Positions 7,031 to 15,440 of a DNA stretch of 32,000 nt are shown piece after piece. Every line of letters begins with the position of its first letter. The stretch's first letter is position 1. The notes under the pieces are model-generated. The model was given only the letters and a program-made list of their open reading frames with translations. It made no database searches and had not been told where the DNA came from. Where the stretch lies: NCBI GenBank assembly GCA_047651235.1, contig CP178758.1:1680001-1712000 (forward strand), in the 5' to 3' direction. This DNA is from Candidatus Electrothrix yaqonensis. Lineage in GTDB: Bacteria; Desulfobacterota; Desulfobulbia; Desulfobulbales; Desulfobulbaceae. The position numbers and the translations under genes were made by a program.

Positions 7031-9784
7031 TCACTGTCCTGCTTTCTCCGGGGCGAAAAAGCGCAGCCGGTTGGCATTGGTCACCACGGTGACTGACGAC
7101 ATGGCCATGGCTGCGGAAGCGAACATGGGCGGAAGCAGCCATCCGGTGATCGGGAAGAACAGACCGGCTGCCAGTGGAATGCCCAGTACGTTGTAGATAA
7201 AGGCCCCGAACAGATTCTGTCTGATATTGGCGACAACAGCCTGCGAAAGGGCAATCGCTGTTGCCGCCTGGCTCAGGGCGCCACCGGCCAGGGTGATATC
7301 TCCGCTGTCAATGGCCACATCTGTACCTGAGCCGACAGCAAAACCTGTATCGGCCCGGGAAAGGGCCGGAGCATCATTCACCCCGTCGCCCACCATTCCC
7401 ACCGTATACCCTTTTTCTTGCAGTTCCCGCACGATCCGGAGCTTGTCTTCCGGCATAACTTCGGCATGAAACTCCGTGATACCCAGTTCATCGGCTACGG
7501 CTCGGGCAGCAGCCCGGTTGTCGCCGGTGCACATCACCACTGTAATGCCCTGCTGCTGCAGCTGCCGGACTGCACGGGCAGAATCTTTACGCAACGGATC
7601 ACGCAGGATCAGGAGTCCCAGCACAGCTTTTTCGTCAGCAAGCCAGACCGGTGTTGCTCCCTGTGCCGCCTGTTTTTCGGCAACTGTCCGCAGGCTCTCC
7701 GGCAGGACAGGTCCGCTTTCCTCCATAAAACGGGCACTGCCCAGCCTGTACAGCATTCCGTCAATCCGGGCCTGCACCCCTTTGCCGGAGACAGCTGTAA
7801 AATCGTGCAGAGCACGGGGGCTGATCTCCTGTTCTTCTCCGCTCCGAACAACAGCCCGGGCCAGGGGATGCTCGGACGCAGTTTCCAGGCTGACTGCAAT
7901 TTCCAGCAGCCTGCGGCGGTTGCTGCCTTGGGCAGGATGCATGTCGCTGATTGCAGGTTTTCCCTCGGTCAGTGTGCCGGTTTTGTCCACTGCCAGACAG
8001 TCTGTCCTGCCTGCTGACTGCAGGCCGTCCGGGTTGCGGATCAGGATGTTCAGCTCAGCTGCACGCCCGGTGCCCACCATCACCGCAATGGGAGCGGCCA
8101 GCCCCAGAGCGCAGGGACAGGCAATGACCAGCACGGCAATGGCGGCGGTCAGGGCATAGGCTGCTGCCGGTTCCGGCCCGATTGCCAGCCAGACTGCAAA
8201 GGTCAGCAGAGAAATACACAACACCACCGGGACAAAGACCGCAGCCACCTGGTCGGCCAGCCGGGCAATGGGCGGTTTGCCCAGCCGGGCCTGTTTCACC
8301 ATCCTGATGATCCGGGCCAGAGTAGTGTCTTCACCTGTGCCGGTGACAGCAAAGGTGAACGAACCGGTTGTGTTCACGGTTCCGCCGGTCACCGGGTCGT
8401 CCGGATTTTTGCTGACCGGGAGGGGTTCTCCGGTAAGCATGGATTCATCCACTGCTGTAGAACCGTCCACGATTCTACCGTCAATGGGGATCTTTTCTCC
8501 GGGCCGCACCCGGATCAGGTCATCAGGCCGGAGCAGGGAAACCGGTACTTCCACCTCTTTTGTGGTTCCGGCCTGCTGCCGGAGGACATGGGCGGATTTT
8601 GCCCGCAGACCGATCAGAGAGCTGAGTGCTTCGCCGGTAGTCTGTTTTGCCCGGACTTCAAGCGCATGGCCGAACTGAAGAAATGCCAGGATCATGACCG
8701 AGGCGTCCAGATAGAGGCGGCTGTCCCGGCCCGGCAGAAAATCCGGCTTGAGAATCAGCAGGATTGAGGCCAGCCAGGCCGCCGAGGTGCCAAGGGCGAT
8801 CAGGGTGTTCATGTCGGAACTGCCCCGCAGAGCCTGTTTCCAGGCGTGGCTGTAATACTGTCTGCCGCTGAAATACATAACCGCGAGACAGAGTATGGCC
8901 AGCAGGCCCCAGAACAGACGGGCCGACTCCAGAGACGGGAACAGCCCGGACATCTCTCCTGCCATGATACCGAAGCCGGTCAGGGCTGCAGCTGTGGCCC
9001 GCTGCCAGGAGCGACGTATTTCCTGCCGGTTTTCCGTTGCCTGTTCAAGCTGAGGGTCGGTATACTGTTCTTCAATCACTGCCCGGGTCCCTGCATCCCG
9101 GAGTAGCAGCACAACTTCGGCCGGATGGAGAGCAGTCCTGAGCAGTAGTCGCCCGTCCTGCTCCTGCAGAATCAGCCCGGCATCATGGGGCCGCAGCAGC
9201 TGTTCTACATTTTGCCGATCCAGTGCCCCATTCTCAGCGTCAGCCAAAAAAAATCCAGCATCATTTTCGTCTGTCATGAGAGAAGCTGCATAACCCCGCC
9301 GGGCAACAGCCTCTACTGCTTCCTGCGGTACGCCGCCCTGCACAACTGCCTGCTGTTCCAGCAGATCAACAGTGCAGTTTTTTACCCCGTCCACTGCCAT
9401 GACTGCCTGTTCAACCTTGCGCACACAGGCTGCACAGCTCATATTGCCGATGCGGAGGATATACTGCTGCTCCGCCGCTGCATCCTGTTTTTCCGCCGGG
9501 TGCAGCGCCGCATCTCCCCTGTCCTGTTTCCCGGCAATGGATGCTCTCTCTTCTTCAGACATCGGCCGGGCAGCATAGCCGGATCTGCTGATCGCCTGGA
9601 CAACCACGTCCGGCTCTCCGCCCTGTACAGAGACCCTGCCGTCTTCAAGATTGACATGCACCTCTGTTACACCGGGGACAGATCGGACCGCTTTGGTCAC
9701 CGTGGCCTCACAGTGCTGACAGCTCATGCCGTCAACAAGCAGGGTATACGAATCAGAATCAGAAGAGGAAAGATGATCTGTCAT
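7031..9784 (-). CDS. copA: copper-translocating P1B-type ATPase
   Basis: Two N-terminal HMA domains ([16 protein letters not shown]), CPC motif (ACPCALGLA), DKTGTLT phosphorylation site and GDGVNDAP hinge. Confidence 0.95.
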   Translation of the reverse strand: MTDHLSSSDSDSYTLLVDGMSCQHCEATVTKAVRSVPGVTEVHVNLEDGRVSVQGGEPDVVVQAISRSGYAARPMSEEERASIAGKQDRGDAALHPAEKQDAAAEQQYILRIGNMSCAACVRKVEQAVMAVDGVKNCTVDLLEQQAVVQGGVPQEAVEAVARRGYAASLMTDENDAGFFLADAENGALDRQNVEQLLRPHDAGLILQEQDGRLLLRTALHPAEVVLLLRDAGTRAVIEEQYTDPQLEQATENRQEIRRSWQRATAAALTGFGIMAGEMSGLFPSLESARLFWGLLAILCLAVMYFSGRQYYSHAWKQALRGSSDMNTLIALGTSAAWLASILLILKPDFLPGRDSRLYLDASVMILAFLQFGHALEVRAKQTTGEALSSLIGLRAKSAHVLRQQAGTTKEVEVPVSLLRPDDLIRVRPGEKIPIDGRIVDGSTAVDESMLTGEPLPVSKNPDDPVTGGTVNTTGSFTFAVTGTGEDTTLARIIRMVKQARLGKPPIARLADQVAAVFVPVVLCISLLTFAVWLAIGPEPAAAYALTAAIAVLVIACPCALGLAAPIAVMVGTGRAAELNILIRNPDGLQSAGRTDCLAVDKTGTLTEGKPAISDMHPAQGSNRRRLLEIAVSLETASEHPLARAVVRSGEEQEISPRALHDFTAVSGKGVQARIDGMLYRLGSARFMEESGPVLPESLRTVAEKQAAQGATPVWLADEKAVLGLLILRDPLRKDSARAVRQLQQQGITVVMCTGDNRAAARAVADELGITEFHAEVMPEDKLRIVRELQEKGYTVGMVGDGVNDAPALSRADTGFAVGSGTDVAIDSGDITLAGGALSQAATAIALSQAVVANIRQNLFGAFIYNVLGIPLAAGLFFPITGWLLPPMFASAAMAMSSVTVVTNANRLRFFAPEKAGQ

Positions 9785-9974
9785 GAAATGCTCCTGTTGT
9801 TGAAGTAATGATCCCTGCTGTCAGGCCGGCGGAAACCGGTGTCTGCCCCTGACGGAATGACGGGACCGGAAAAGCATCATCTCCCGCAGGGCAGAAGAAG
9901 ACGGAGGGGTGAGATATCGCCGGGTGCAGTGTTCGGCAGCAACGCCGTATCCTGTCTGCTCCCAGGAGATGAAG

Positions 9975-10196
9975 TTATCTATTCCGGCATAGGACGCGCC
10001 GTATAGCCAGCCTCGTTAATGGCTTGGAGACGGCATCCGGCTTTCCGCCCTGCATAGCGACCTTGCCGTCTTCCAGATTAACTTTGGCCTCTGTTACACC
10101 GGGGACAGAGCGAGCTGCTTCGGTCACAGCGGCTTCACAATGTTTACAGCTCATGCCTTCTACCAGTAGGGTGTAGAAAGAAGATTGGTCATGCAT
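9975..10196 (-). CDS. copZ: CopZ-like HMA copper chaperone, C-terminus apparently frameshifted
   Basis: [58 protein letters not shown] closely parallels the CopA N-terminus. The last 15 residues (PLTRLAIRRVLCRNR) are aberrant, while the neighbouring frame reads AINEAGYTARPMPE*. The track's 183-aa version is rejected. Confidence 0.7.
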   Translation of the reverse strand: MHDQSSFYTLLVEGMSCKHCEAAVTEAARSVPGVTEAKVNLEDGKVAMQGGKPDAVSKPLTRLAIRRVLCRNR

Positions 10197-10327
10197 GGAA
10201 TGCTCCTGTTGTTGAGGTAATTTGAGGTGATGATCTCCGCTGTCAGGACAGCAGAATATCGGTGTCTGCCCCTGATGGAGCCGGAAACAAGAGAGCAGCG
10301 TCAGGGCCATAAGGCAGCAGGGCCGTA

Positions 10328-11332
10328 TTATGCCCCCTCTCGCCGCAGCCAGCTGACCAGCCGTTCCATGCCCTGCTCTGTGGACACATCTTCCCGGTAG
10401 CCTAACAGAGTCTCCGCCTTTTTTTTGCTGAACCAGTGGGACATGGCCAGCTGCTCGGCCAGAAAACGGGTCATCTTCGATTCCCGGCGGATCTGCAGCA
10501 GCCCGTAAACTTTTTCCAGCAGCCAACCGGCGGCTTTTGCGGTTCTCAAACTGACGCGGGCAGTGACCGGGGAAACGCCTGTCCGGGCAAAAAGATCGTT
10601 GATCCAGGGCCAGAGTTCCACCGGCTCCTGCTGGCCGATAAAAAAAGCATGGCCTGCAGCACTGCCCTCCCCGGCCAGATTGTCCGCTGCCAGCAGATGG
10701 GCTCGGACCACGTTGTCGATATAGGCGATATCCACCCGGTTTCTGCCGCTGCCGACGATGCGCAGGCTTCCTTCCCGCCCACGGGCCATGAGCCGGGGAA
10801 TCAGGTTGGTATCGCCCGGTCCCCAGACCAGATGGGGCCGGATGGCGGCTGTCCGCAATTGATCACTGCTGTTGCGCAGCACATGCTGCTCGGCCAGAAT
10901 TTTCGTGGCCGCATAGGCACAGAACGGTCGGGAGGAGTAGGGGAGCGATTCATCCGCTCCCTCCAGATCAGCGCCGTCAAACACCACGGACGGAGTTGAA
11001 GTATGCACCAGCGTCCGTATCCCCAGTTCGCTGCAGGCTGCCAGCACGTTCAGGGTACCGAGAACGTTAACGGCATAATATTCCTCAAACGGCCCCCAGA
11101 TACCGGCTTTGGCTGCAACATGAAATACTGTGTCACACCCGTCCGCTGCCTGCCGGACAGCAACCTGATCGCGGATGTCTCCCCGGATACAGACGGCACC
11201 AACTGCTTCAGCAGCTGGATATCGATGCCTGCCCAGCACCCGCACTGCTCTGCCTTGTCGGCAGAGTTCCCGCACCAGCGCAAGACCGATAAAACCGCCG
11301 CCTCCGGTAACCAATACATTCTGCTGTTTCAT
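10328..11332 (-). CDS. NAD-dependent epimerase/dehydratase, 3-beta-hydroxysteroid dehydrogenase/isomerase-like
   Basis: N-terminal Rossmann motif VLVTGGGGFIGLALV and a YAATK catalytic-type motif (YxxxK). Confidence 0.8.
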   Translation of the reverse strand: MKQQNVLVTGGGGFIGLALVRELCRQGRAVRVLGRHRYPAAEAVGAVCIRGDIRDQVAVRQAADGCDTVFHVAAKAGIWGPFEEYYAVNVLGTLNVLAACSELGIRTLVHTSTPSVVFDGADLEGADESLPYSSRPFCAYAATKILAEQHVLRNSSDQLRTAAIRPHLVWGPGDTNLIPRLMARGREGSLRIVGSGRNRVDIAYIDNVVRAHLLAADNLAGEGSAAGHAFFIGQQEPVELWPWINDLFARTGVSPVTARVSLRTAKAAGWLLEKVYGLLQIRRESKMTRFLAEQLAMSHWFSKKKAETLLGYREDVSTEQGMERLVSWLRREGA

Positions 11333-11396
11333 AAAAAAATAATCATTATAATCGTGAGTTATATCCGTTATTCAGGTGCTTGGTTTCCGCTTTCCG

Positions 11397-11618
11397 CTAC
11401 CTGAGCAGACCGACCACCTCTCCCTCTTCCGGGAACCGGCCTGTCTCTTTCTTGGAATACACCTGCCTGCCGTCCGCGCAGACAAGGAATACGCCGCCGG
11501 AACCGGGGACCAGTTCAACCTCAGCTTCTGCGCCGAATGCCTTGTGCAGTTCTTCCTCCAACCTGGAGGCTTTTGGTTTGTAGTTTCACGCCGTGCAGTA
11601 TTCAATGGTTATTTTCAT
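11397..11618 (-). CDS. SelW/Rdx-family selenoprotein with in-frame UGA (CxxU)
   Basis: Hand translation gives MKITIEYCTA-U-NYKPKASRLEEELHKAFGAEAEVELVPGSGGVFLVCADGRQVYSKKETGRFPEEGEVVGLLR*. The UGA is at 11588-11586. AGGAGA RBS lies upstream of ATG 11618. The CxxU redox motif, the GGxF motif and RFPE are typical of the Rdx fold. It is missed by the ORF track because of the TGA. Confidence 0.75.
11555..11569 (-). promoter_or_regulatory. candidate bacterial SECIS apical hairpin
   Basis: On the minus-strand RNA, CCUCC-AGGUU-GGAGG begins 16 nt after the UGA. The loop G residues fall in the distance range usually described for bSECIS elements. The stem is only 5 bp, so this is tentative. Confidence 0.4.
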
Positions 11619-11651
11619 AATCGTTCTCCTGTGTTGCTTGTTTGTGAAAAT

Positions 11652-11688
11652 TCCGGGCTGTCGGATTGTACAGAATGAACAGCCCGGA
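11652..11688 (-). terminator. possible intrinsic terminator downstream of mutY
   Basis: TCCGGGCTGT...ACAGCCCGGA forms a 10-bp stem. On the minus strand it is followed by AATTTTCA, a short U tract. Confidence 0.4.
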
Positions 11689-11746
11689 TACAGCGCTCCT
11701 TTTTTCTTACTCAAGAACAAAAGGATGCGCAAGAGAGCAGCTGCGC

Positions 11747-12844
11747 TTACGGCGTTTTTGCGGCATTATTTTTCTGCTGCATTTTTCCGATGAGCTGACG
11801 ATGTCCGGCAGGAAAGGCAAAGGCGTCCAGTTCATCTTGCCTGACCCATCTGAACTGACTTGCGGCGTGGAGCGCCGGGGTTGGCCCGGAGCTGTGCTGC
11901 AGGGTGCAGAAAAAGGCATTCAGGGTGACCCGGTATTTGGTATAATAATGGACAACTGCGGCAAAGGGCTGCAGATCAGTCACCTGAAACTCGGTTTCCT
12001 CTGCAATCTCCCGGACTGCGGCCTGCTCCGGCGTTTCTCCTTCCCTGAGCCGTCCGCCGGGAAATTCCCATAAGCCGCCCCAGACATCGTCCTCCAGACG
12101 CTGCTGGATGTATATCCGGTCATCCCGGCGGATAATCCCGCAGGCCATGATGATATCGACCTTCTTTTCCTTTTTTCCGGGAACAGGACGCAGATCGACA
12201 ACATCCGCTGCAAAGGCTTGGCAGCATTGCCGGACCGGACAGCCGGTGCAGTCGGGATTTTTCGGCGTACAGACCAGAGCGCCGAATTCCATCAGAGCCT
12301 GATTAAAATTCCGCGCATCATCTGCGGGCAGAAGGTCAGTGCAGCGTTGGAGCAGCAGTTTTCGGGTCGCGACCTGCTTTACCGGCCGGTCAATATTGTC
12401 GAACCGAGAGAAAATCCGTTCCACATTGGCATCCAGCAGCGGCACCGGTTGATTGAAGGCAATGGACAGAATAGCGGCGGCCGTGTACGGGCCGATGCCG
12501 GGCAGGGCAAGCAGCTGCTCCTGATTATCGGGCAGCTCTGCGCCGTGTTCCCGCACCAGAATATCAGCAGCTTTGCGGATATTCCGCACCCGGCTGTAGT
12601 ATCCCAGCCCCTCCCACGCCTTGAGCACCTCCTGTTCCGGCGCAGCAGCCAAGGTACGGATGTCCGGAAATCGGTCAATCCAAGTATTAAAATACTGCAC
12701 CACCCGATCCATCTGGGTCTGTTGCCCCATGATTTCCGAAATCCAGACGTGATAGGGATGATACTCCTGCCGCCACGGCAGGGGGCGCTGATTTTCAGCA
12801 AACCAGGAAAGGAAGGTGTTTTGAAGAGAAGAGATGACTTTCAA
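11747..12844 (-). CDS. mutY: A/G-specific adenine DNA glycosylase
   Basis: HhH-GPD region (LPGIGPYTAAAILSIAF), 4Fe-4S cluster loop C-x6-C-x2-C-x5-C (CTPKNPDCTGCPVRQC) and a C-terminal NUDIX-like domain (GGLWEFPGGRLREGE). Apparent TTG start at 12844. Confidence 0.9.
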   Translation of the reverse strand: MKVISSLQNTFLSWFAENQRPLPWRQEYHPYHVWISEIMGQQTQMDRVVQYFNTWIDRFPDIRTLAAAPEQEVLKAWEGLGYYSRVRNIRKAADILVREHGAELPDNQEQLLALPGIGPYTAAAILSIAFNQPVPLLDANVERIFSRFDNIDRPVKQVATRKLLLQRCTDLLPADDARNFNQALMEFGALVCTPKNPDCTGCPVRQCCQAFAADVVDLRPVPGKKEKKVDIIMACGIIRRDDRIYIQQRLEDDVWGGLWEFPGGRLREGETPEQAAVREIAEETEFQVTDLQPFAAVVHYYTKYRVTLNAFFCTLQHSSGPTPALHAASQFRWVRQDELDAFAFPAGHRQLIGKMQQKNNAAKTP

Positions 12845-12975
12845 AATGAGTACCTTAAAAGGGTGAACAACAAACCGTCAGAGAATGAACTGAGAAATGA
12901 TGATTCAACAAAAAGGAAGCGGAGGAGAAAAAGCAGGAGTTTCTTGGTGGAAGAGTATGTAACCCGATTGATTAC

Positions 12976-13227
12976 TTCTACTTTGGCACTCACAAAGGCT
13001 GTGGTAATAATTTGCAATTCCGTTGTTTCTCATATGCGAAATCAATCGAAGCTTGCCTCTTTTCATGCCGTTGACGAAGCTGTCTTATAACTTCATCTTC
13101 GTTTACATCTCGACGTGGAAGAATTGACTTGAGTAATGTTGTTATATCAGCGCAACTCAATAACGGGACACCGACTTGATGGTATAATCGTTGCTCGACC
13201 ATAAACAACATGGCCATCATGACCATA
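12976..13227 (-). mobile_element. inverted 252-bp fragment (3' end) of an IS701-like element
   Basis: Its reverse complement matches 13977-14227 with only one indel and one mismatch by hand alignment. It encodes an intact transposase C-terminus (...LLKSILPRRDVNEDEVIRQLRQRHEKRQASIDFAYEKQRN...). It ends with TTCTACTTTG, the same 10-mer found at both ends of the neighbouring copy. Confidence 0.75.
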
Positions 13228-13228
13228 A

Positions 13229-14227
13229 TTCTACTTTGTCAACCATAACCTTTTGATCTATTTGTAAAAACTTCTTGCAATATCCGGATAAAGTTGTATC
13301 TTTCATTAGGAAAATTTTATCGCTTTTTGATCAAGATAGCACCTGATAACAGCTATCAAAAAAATACCCGTCAATCGCCCTGATTATAACTTTATTCTTT
13401 TTATGAACGCTCCCAGCCCCGAAAAAAGAAGTCCCCATGACAAATTCTTTGAGTTGACCGGCATCGCCCGGCAACTTACGTCTTTTCACGAAAGATATCA
13501 TCTCTTTTTTAAGAGACATACAGTAAGTTTGTCAGATAAAGCATTCCAATACTTGAAAGGTTTATTCCAGGCTGACAAAAAAACATGGAACGTATGGAGG
13601 AAAAGGTTCCGGGCGTTAAATATGAGCCCCTCCAGTATTTTCTTTCCGACTCGAACTGGGATTGGCGTCCTGTAAACAACCAAGTAGCTAAAGATGCGGA
13701 TAACATTTTTGGAGGAAAGGAAGATAGCGCTCTTTTAATTGATGAATCCGGGATACCCAAAAAGGGTAAAATGTCTGTTGGGGTTTCTCGTCAATGGTGC
13801 GGGCAGCTTGGTAAAACCGACAACTGTCAAGTAGTAGTGTTTGCAACTTTGGGATATGGTCGCTTTTCAACGCCGATCGACTGTCGGCTGTATTTACCGA
13901 AAAGCTGGACGGATGACAAGGAACGTTGTCTTAAGGCTAAGGCTCGGGGATGGCTGGCTTGGCATCATCATATGACTATGGTCATGATGGCCATGTTGTT
14001 TATGGTCGAGCAACGATTATACCATCAAGTCGGTGTCCCGTTATTGAGTTGCGCTGATATAACAACATTACTCAAGTCAATTTTCCACGTCGAGATGTAA
14101 ACGAAGATGAAGTTATAAGACAGCTTTGTCAACGGCATGAAAAGAGGCAAGCTTCGATTGATTTCGCATATGAGAAACAACGGAATTGCAAATTATTACC
14201 ACAGCCTTTGTGAGTGCCAAAGTAGAA
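13229..14227 (+). mobile_element. IS701-like element, internally deleted and frameshifted (non-autonomous)
   Basis: The termini share the inverted 10-mer TTCTACTTTG (13229-13238; reverse complement at 14218-14227). The transposase reading is MNAPSPEKR...FQADKK, then a frameshift in an A7 run near 13578, then MERMEEKVPGVKYEPLQYFLSDSNWDW...LIDESGIPKKGKMSVGVSRQWCGQLGKTDNCQV. It then jumps to the C-terminal GWLAWHHHMTMVMMAMLF, so the central catalytic part is missing. Confidence 0.75.
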
Positions 14228-14700
14228 ATATTCATTGCGACGGCAAAACTCTCCGGGGAAGTTTCGATAACATGAAGGATATAGCTGGAGCAACATAATT
14301 TGAATATGCCTACAAGAGGCATAAGTTTTGCCTTCACGCCTTTCAGACAGCTGATCCTGTATTCAGTTTATACTGCTCCAGCTATATTAATCAGCTTCAG
14401 ATATTGAGCGCTTTTGCCGGCGACCGCGCTGTCGTTCTCGGCCATGAAGAAATCAGGGAGAAAAGCAATGAAATCCCGGCGGCGCGGAAACTGATGAAAG
14501 AACTCGGTTTATCCGACCGCATTTGACCGCTCCCGAATTCGTTGCAATCCGCACATATTTGCAAAACTGAGAAGCTTTGCTCTCAATATTCTTCGTAAGA
14601 ACAAGGTGAAAAATGTCAGCCGGGAGCTTTTCAGGAACTGTATGGATATAAATCGTCTGTTTGATTACGCCGGGATTTTCTAGAATTGAACAGCCCTGGG
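14228..14700 (+). pseudogene. ISAs1-family transposase remnants (5'-truncated, internally deleted, MITE-disrupted)
   Basis: Hand translation gives NIHCDGKTLRGSFDNMKD, then the MITE, then (I)NQLQILSAFAGDRAVVLGHEEIREKSNEIPAARKLMKELGLSD, then RIRCNPHIFAKLRSFALNILRKNKVKNVSRELFRNCMDINRLFDYAGIF*. These are typical ISAs1-family blocks from memory. A possible end sequence AATTGAACAGCCCTG lies near 14690-14700. Confidence 0.65.
14282..14384 (+). mobile_element. 103-bp MITE, copy 1 (TA target duplication, 11-bp perfect TIR TAGCTGGAGCA)
   Basis: Flanked by TA at 14280-14281 and 14385-14386. Removing the element plus one TA restores ...NMKDINQLQILSAF... in the ISAs1 reading frame. Confidence 0.8.
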
Positions 14701-14745
14701 GGTGAACCCGGCTCTGCTCTGAGTATGAGGAGTTGCAGCAAAGCC

Positions 14746-15031
14746 TTATTTATGCTGCTCGTGCAGCTTGGTGCGAACGGCCTTCAAGGTTCGACGGTGT
14801 GCTCCTAACTTAGGATGTCTGATGCGCTCTTCAAATTTTACAGCATGGCTGATATATAACTCCGCTTTGGCAAAGTCACCTTGGTCTTTGTGGATCAAAC
14901 CCATATTCCAACTACTTGCAGTCATACCAATTTTGTCACCAATCTCACTACTTATAGCTAAGCTCTGCTGTAAATACTTCAACGCAGCAATCACCTTGGG
15001 TATCATAAACGCCACCTATTGCTCTGTAAAA
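14746..15031 (-). pseudogene. C-terminal stump of a TPR-repeat protein
   Basis: ALKYLQQSLAISSEIGDKIGMTASSWNMGLIHKDQGDFAKAELYISHAV has TPR_12-like periodicity. A second frame just upstream reads ...YRAIGGVYDTQGD. This implies a frameshift near 14995 and truncation near 15035-15045 where the next IS fragment begins. Confidence 0.5.
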
Positions 15032-15110
15032 GCTAAAATTTAGGGTGCTGTACCTAAAACTAATATGGCTATTAGTTACGCAGTTGATCAGATTCTGTTA
15101 ATATGTCGCC

Positions 15111-15440
15111 ATGAATAAATCCAAAGTAACAGAATACGATTACATAGATTTTCTGATCGGTACCCAGAAAGTTTACAGTTGCACTGAAGCGGAACGTGTT
15201 CAACCGGGTGAGGCAATCGGTCCTTCCCATGACGCATTCACCCGGCAGCTGCACCGCCTTTTTCCAAGTACTGATCGACTCTGGACTGAAGCCGAAGATC
15301 ATGTTGAGCTGAGCAAAGGGTATCTGATCGGTGACGACAGTACGTTGGACAAACTTTACAGTCGCAAAATCGAGCTGGTAACCCGCCATTGGTCCGGCAA
15401 ACACAAAAAGGCTGTTTCAGGTATCAACCTGCTGACCCTG
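15111..15440 (+). pseudogene. N-terminal fragment of an IS4/IS701-like DDE transposase
   Basis: MNKSKVTEYDYIDFLIGTQKVYSCTEAERVQP...LIGDDSTLDKLYSRKIELVTRHWSGKHKKAVSGINLLTL is the conserved N-terminal third of a widespread DDE transposase group. It stops abruptly at about 15440, where IS630-type sequence takes over. Confidence 0.6.

Noticed and set aside
7227-9808. Several long plus-strand ORFs (80-227 aa) across the copA region.
   Set aside because: They are antisense to a motif-complete P-type ATPase in GC-rich DNA. Their translations are low-complexity and Arg/Ala/Ser/Pro-rich, and no family signatures are present. These are typical shadow ORFs.
9975-10526. 183-aa version of the copZ ORF that extends upstream into the epimerase gene.
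   Set aside because: Only the last 73 codons resemble an HMA protein. A good start (ATG 10196) and a conserved RBS/leader shared with copA lie there. The extension overlaps the 3' end of the epimerase gene.
11372-11678. Track ORFs 11372-11605 (-), 11376-11678 (+) and 11380-11583 (+).
   Set aside because: They overlap the selenoprotein reading frame, which has an RBS and clear Rdx-family motifs. Their own translations are featureless.
11980-13090. 290-aa plus-strand ORF and other ORFs overlapping mutY.
   Set aside because: They are antisense or out of frame relative to a complete MutY (HhH-GPD, Fe-S loop, NUDIX-like domain). The 3' part merely reads through the IS fragment.
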